DNA of 64,000 bases. Origin: Candidatus Nomurabacteria bacterium CG1_02_43_90 (GTDB lineage: Bacteria; Patescibacteriota; Minisyncoccia; Phycocordibacterales; UBA1550). Both the position numbers and the translations under genes were made by a program. Of this stretch, positions 59,678-64,000 are shown in pieces. Location: positions 52,543-116,542 of the forward strand of contig MNVN01000015.1 in NCBI GenBank assembly GCA_001871765.1, written 5' to 3'. Position 1 is the stretch's first letter. Each line of letters starts with the position of its first letter. The notes beneath the pieces are model-generated. The model ran no database searches. It saw only the letters and a program-made list of their open reading frames with translations, and was not told where the DNA came from.

Positions 59678-61909
59678 ATGTCTACAAAATCATACAAACT
59701 CCTCATCGTTGAGTCACCATCAAAAGCAAAAACAATTGGCAAGTATTTGGGTGATGAATATATTGTACGCGCAAGCGTAGGTCACGTGCGTGATCTTCCT
59801 AAAAGTAACAAGCAAGCAATTGATATCCCCGCTGGTTTTGTACCACACTATGAAATCTCAAAAGGCAAAGCAGAGATTGTACATGAACTAGATTCACTCG
59901 CAAAAAAGGCCAGCGAAGTCCTGCTCGCTACCGACCCCGACCGTGAAGGTGAGGCTATCGCGTGGCACATCGCACAAGCGTGCGGACTCAAAAACCCAAA
60001 GCGGGTGACCTATCACGAGATTACAAAGAGCGCAATCGAAGAGGCGATCAAGCACCCTCGCGTGATTGATGAAAATCTTCGCAGGGCCCAGGAAGCACGT
60101 CGCGTACTCGATAGACTTGTGGGCTACGACCTCTCAGGTCTCATTTGGAAAAAAGTACGCTATGGTCTCTCGGCAGGGCGCGTACAGTCGCCTGCCCTTC
60201 GTATTCTTGTCGAACGTGAACGGGAAATCAAAGCGTTCACCCCTGAGGCATATTGGGCACTGACCGCAAAGGTAAAGACGCAAGGAGGAGCAGAGCTCGA
60301 GCTTTCCTGTACCGAAGAACCACGCGACGAAGAAGTCGTAAAAAATATTTTAAAAATTGGACGCGCTAATCAGTGGATGGTGCGTGAAGTCAAAGAAAGT
60401 GAAGTCCGGCGTGCACCAAAGGCACCCTTCATTACCTCCACCCTTCAACAAGCAGCGAGCTCACGCCTCGGCTTTGCGCCGTCGCGCACGATGGGCGTTG
60501 CGCAGAAACTTTACGAGAAAGGCTTCATCACCTATATGCGTACAGACAGCACCACGCTTTCGAACGATGCACAAAAAGCTATCCTTGTTGAAATAGTAAA
60601 ACGCTATGGTGCAGGCGCCGGTGAGGCACGCGTATTCAAAACAAAAAGCAAAAACGCACAGGAGGCACATGAAGCAATTCGCCCTACTGATTTTAGTAAA
60701 AACTCCCTCGGTACTACTCCTGAAGAAAAGAAGCTCTACGAGCTTATTTGGGCGCGCACCGTGGCTTCTCAAATGATAGAGGCGCGACTTGCGCGCACCA
60801 CGATACTCGCGAACGTCCGTAATGGAAGTGATCCAAGATCCGAATCTACTGATTCGCCGAATTTTTCCATTACCGGCTCTCGTGTCATTGTCCCTGGATG
60901 GCTTTCTGCTGACCCCGACGCGCGCGGTGAAGACGTGCAACTTCCTAAAGTAGCACAGGGCGAGATGCTTATCCTTCTTAGCCTCAGCGATGAAGCAAAG
61001 TTTACTGAACCGCCTGCACGCTACTCTGAAGCAGGGCTTGTGAAAGAACTGGAGAAACGTGGTATTGGTCGCCCTTCAACCTATGCTTCTATTATTAAAA
61101 CTATTTGTGACCGTGGCTATGTGATAAAAGAAGGCAAAGCTCTTCGCCCTACGGATACGGGTGAAGTCGTAAGCACGTTCCTCGAACAAAATTTTTCGAA
61201 CTACATTAGTGATGTCTTCACGGCAGAAATGGAAGACAAACTCGATGATATCGCAAACGGAACCCGTGAGTATGTACCCACGCTCAAAGAATTTTATGAC
61301 CCTTTCTCAAAAGAGGTAAAAGAAAAGGATAAACTTGAAAAAATCACCAACCTTGGCGAAGCAGACGCACAGTTCAAGTGCCCAAAATGTAACAGCTCAA
61401 TGATTATTAAACTTGCCCGTACGGGGAAGTTTCTTTCCTGCAAAGAATATCCCGAATGTGATGGCGCGCGTATGATTGATGGGTCTGAACTTGCAGGACC
61501 ACGCGACACGGGTGAACTTTGTCCAAAGTGTGAAAAATCAAACCTCTTTGAACGCGATGGGCGCTTTGGGAGATTTATCGCTTGTGGAAATTATCCAAAG
61601 TGTAAATTTATTAAAAAAGATGACACGGCTGCCCTCCTCAATCATACTGGTGTCCCCTGCCCCATGTGTAAAAAAGGTTTTATGACGGAACGCAAAGGGC
61701 GCTTTGGTATTTTCTATAGCTGTACTGGTTATCCCGATTGTAAAAATGCCATCAAAGCGCGCCCCACCGGAAACTTCTGCACCTATAAAAAAGCAGAGGG
61801 AACCCTCTGTGCATCACTCATGATGGATGGCACAAAAACAATCCCCGAACGATGTAGTAACAAAACCTGCCCCAACCATAATCCGCATAAACTCAACAAG
61901 ATGGAATAA
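59678..61909 (+). CDS. topA: DNA topoisomerase I
   Basis: IVESPSKAKTI, ATDPDREGEAI, SAGRVQS, ITYMRTD, GIGRPSTY, C-terminal Zn ribbons. Confidence 0.97.
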   Translation: MSTKSYKLLIVESPSKAKTIGKYLGDEYIVRASVGHVRDLPKSNKQAIDIPAGFVPHYEISKGKAEIVHELDSLAKKASEVLLATDPDREGEAIAWHIAQACGLKNPKRVTYHEITKSAIEEAIKHPRVIDENLRRAQEARRVLDRLVGYDLSGLIWKKVRYGLSAGRVQSPALRILVEREREIKAFTPEAYWALTAKVKTQGGAELELSCTEEPRDEEVVKNILKIGRANQWMVREVKESEVRRAPKAPFITSTLQQAASSRLGFAPSRTMGVAQKLYEKGFITYMRTDSTTLSNDAQKAILVEIVKRYGAGAGEARVFKTKSKNAQEAHEAIRPTDFSKNSLGTTPEEKKLYELIWARTVASQMIEARLARTTILANVRNGSDPRSESTDSPNFSITGSRVIVPGWLSADPDARGEDVQLPKVAQGEMLILLSLSDEAKFTEPPARYSEAGLVKELEKRGIGRPSTYASIIKTICDRGYVIKEGKALRPTDTGEVVSTFLEQNFSNYISDVFTAEMEDKLDDIANGTREYVPTLKEFYDPFSKEVKEKDKLEKITNLGEADAQFKCPKCNSSMIIKLARTGKFLSCKEYPECDGARMIDGSELAGPRDTGELCPKCEKSNLFERDGRFGRFIACGNYPKCKFIKKDDTAALLNHTGVPCPMCKKGFMTERKGRFGIFYSCTGYPDCKNAIKARPTGNFCTYKKAEGTLCASLMMDGTKTIPERCSNKTCPNHNPHKLNKME

Positions 61910-61976
61910 TTGACAATTATTTTTTTAAAGGATAACCTCTCAAAAGAGAAATTCTTTAACCTGAAAGGAATCAAAA

Positions 61977-62276
61977 ATGTTCGATAAAATTTGGCCAGTT
62001 CTGCATATCCTCATCCCCCTTCTTCTCATTCTTATTTCCATTACTGCTATTTACTTACTTTATAAAATTTGGACGATTGACCACAATGAACTCAAGGAGT
62101 ATCAAGATCTTGTACAAATTGTTAAAGATACAAATAAAGGAGGCTTTGATGCTTGCCGCCGATGCGAACATGACCCACGCGTTAAAAAGGAAATACTTTT
62201 TACAAAGGACAACAGTCTAAAAAGTTGCTATTCAGTTCATTCATATGTCCTTTTCAATCTTTTTGGTTTTTACTAG
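61977..62276 (+). CDS. Hypothetical membrane protein
   Basis: N-terminal TM, CRRC; TTGACA-17-TAACCT promoter and AAGGA SD. Confidence 0.65.
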   Translation: MFDKIWPVLHILIPLLLILISITAIYLLYKIWTIDHNELKEYQDLVQIVKDTNKGGFDACRRCEHDPRVKKEILFTKDNSLKSCYSVHSYVLFNLFGFY

Positions 62277-62456
62277 TACTCTCCCCTGCCTACGAAATTC
62301 GTGCGCGGGGGATTCGTTTGCCAAAAATACAAAGTATGTTATTCTGCACAGCAGTAAATTGGTCTGCCTTTGTGCAGGTTTTGTAATTTGTAAAAAAGGA
62401 AAATTAGATGAGAAAAATTTGTACCCCCCCCTCCGCCCTTCAACAATCCAGATTTT

Positions 62457-62831
62457 GTGCTTTTGAAAAGTACCACCATTGAGGTCCCGCTATCCCCAGG
62501 AAACGAAACGGCCGTAAGAAGAATTAAAGTTGGCATTGTCGCAACCTGGAAACACCTCTTGCCAGCAGAATGTATCGAGGTGCTCAAGCAAGATGGCGCA
62601 TTGCTCCTCGGAAAACTGGGGGCGGAATTAGTCATTGAGCATGCCCCCTCAGATTTTGTCCTTCAGCACCCATGGTGGATCGCATCGTTTAGCGAGCATC
62701 ATGAAGTCGAGATTAATGGCGTCACGGACCCCCTTTCAAAAAGTGTTCTAAAAAGAACCACGAGAAATCGGGACCGTATGAACCTGCATGGTGTTGGTTA
62801 TTTCTTTTGGTTCAACGATGTAGACGAATAA
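62457..62831 (+). CDS. Hypothetical protein (true start may be ATG 62408 across a homopolymer frameshift)
   Basis: 124-aa ORF followed by a terminator at 62848-62880. Confidence 0.55.
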   Translation: MLLKSTTIEVPLSPGNETAVRRIKVGIVATWKHLLPAECIEVLKQDGALLLGKLGAELVIEHAPSDFVLQHPWWIASFSEHHEVEINGVTDPLSKSVLKRTTRNRDRMNLHGVGYFFWFNDVDE

Positions 62832-62847
62832 CACTTCGTCCCTTCCC

Positions 62848-62880
62848 TGGCTCTTGCAGTTTTTCTGCAAGAGCCATTTT
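62848..62880 (+). terminator. Intrinsic terminator
   Basis: TGGCTCTTGCAG-TTTTT-CTGCAAGAGCCA-TTTT. Confidence 0.75.
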
Positions 62881-62917
62881 ACTTTTTATTTACGGGGAAT
62901 TATGGCACAATAGCCGT

Positions 62918-64000
62918 ATGTTTTCACCAAAAAAAGATGGCTCGTGTCCTACCGCACTAGAGATTATCAGGATGCTCAAAAATTCTAGCGCTGAGGATAT
63001 TGCTCTTATAAAAAAAGCGTACCTCTTCGCTCAAGATGCACACAAAGAGCAAAAAAGGAACTCGGGTGAACCGTATTTTTTCCACGTTGCACATGTTGCC
63101 GCAAACCTCGCCATTATTAATGTTGATGCTTCTACGGTGGCCGCAGGTCTTCTTCATGACACTATCGAGGATGCTGGAGTTCTTCCAAAAACAATAGAGC
63201 GAGAATTTAGTAAAGAAATTCTCGCTCTCGTGGAAGGAGTAACGAAACTTGGAAAAATCAAATATCGTGGTATTGAACGCCACGTAGAAAGTCTGCGCAA
63301 ATTTTTCATTGCAATGTCACGAGATATTCGTGTACTCCTTATTAAGCTTGCCGACCGCCTGCACAATATTCAAACACTCGAACATATCCCTGAAGCAAAA
63401 AGAAAACGTATTGCACTCGAGACCCTCGAGATTCACGCCCGCCTTGCTGACCGTTTTGGTATGGGAAAATGGAAAGCAATTTTTGAAGATGCTGCATTCC
63501 CTTATGCGTTTCCCGAAGAATATGAGAGAGTTGCAGCCATCATCAAAACAAAACGTATTGCAGATGAAAAATACGCCCAAAAAATCTATCGCTCCATTCA
63601 AAAAGAGTTGGTTGCAAATGGCATCATCGATGCACGGGTAAACTATCGAGTAAAAAATCTTTATAGTCTCTGGAAAAAACTTGCACGCAAAGAAATGGAC
63701 TCCAACAAAGTGTACGACATCCTTGCCGTACGAGTTATCGTGAAGACTGTTGAGGACTGCTATCGAGCACTCGGCATTATCCATAAACACTGGCGCCCTG
63801 TTCCAGGACGAATCAAGGACTATATCGCCCTCCCTAAAGCAAATGGCTATCGATCTCTTCATACCACTATTTTTCATGGAGATGGCGGGGTTATCGAAAT
63901 CCAAATCCGCACCGAAGAAATGCACGGCGAGGCACAGTACGGTATTGCTTCCCATCTTGCCTACAAAGAAAATGGCCTTGAAAAGAATAATCTTGAAAAG
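62918..64000 (+). CDS. RelA/SpoT (p)ppGpp synthetase/hydrolase (3'-truncated by window edge; absent from ORF track)
   Basis: Manual translation from ATG 62918: AHKEQKRNSGEPYFFH, AGLLHDTIED, IKLADRLHN, KDYIALPKANGYRSLHT, EIQIRTEEMH. Confidence 0.93.
   Translation, partial: MFSPKKDGSCPTALEIIRMLKNSSAEDIALIKKAYLFAQDAHKEQKRNSGEPYFFHVAHVAANLAIINVDASTVAAGLLHDTIEDAGVLPKTIEREFSKEILALVEGVTKLGKIKYRGIERHVESLRKFFIAMSRDIRVLLIKLADRLHNIQTLEHIPEAKRKRIALETLEIHARLADRFGMGKWKAIFEDAAFPYAFPEEYERVAAIIKTKRIADEKYAQKIYRSIQKELVANGIIDARVNYRVKNLYSLWKKLARKEMDSNKVYDILAVRVIVKTVEDCYRALGIIHKHWRPVPGRIKDYIALPKANGYRSLHTTIFHGDGGVIEIQIRTEEMHGEAQYGIASHLAYKENGLEKNNLEK

Overview
A gene-dense, AT-rich bacterial chromosome segment (standard code 11). 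The compact housekeeping content, short enzyme variants and scarcity of Shine-Dalgarno sites suggest a reduced-genome Patescibacteria/CPR (Parcubacteria-like) organism; this is an inference. It carries aminoacyl-tRNA synthetases (trpS partial, aspS, gltX, cysS, serS), scpA/scpB, cell-wall genes (DD-carboxypeptidase, mraY, ftsW, murG, M23, ftsQ-like), DNA repair and replication genes (nth, mutY-like, uvrABC, dnaB, recR, rmuC, dnaX, dprA, topA), rpmA/rplI/rplU, tgt, a dus gene, tRNA-Gln(UUG), an alpha-glucan plus oxidative pentose-phosphate cluster (GT4-GH57-GH15-zwf-gnd-cyclase-SDR-ROK) and a partial relA/spoT. No CRISPR array, rRNA, prophage or intact transposase was seen. The most notable observations are: (1) an unannotated ~127-nt structured RNA candidate with its own sigma70 promoter and terminator (25924-26085); (2) a two-class expression grammar, with core genes apparently leaderless (TGn-TAnnnT-N6-9-ATG) and interspersed orphan genes carrying -35/-10 promoters and SD sites; (3) a 65-aa mini-GlmS made of the N- and C-termini of GlmS fused in frame; (4) a stand-alone voltage-sensor domain; (5) a cyclase-family hydrolase sitting where 6-phosphogluconolactonase is expected; (6) a cysteine-free MutY; (7) a structured GC-rich element at the tRNA-Gln 3' end. 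All protein calls come from motif recognition by eye; no database searches were run.
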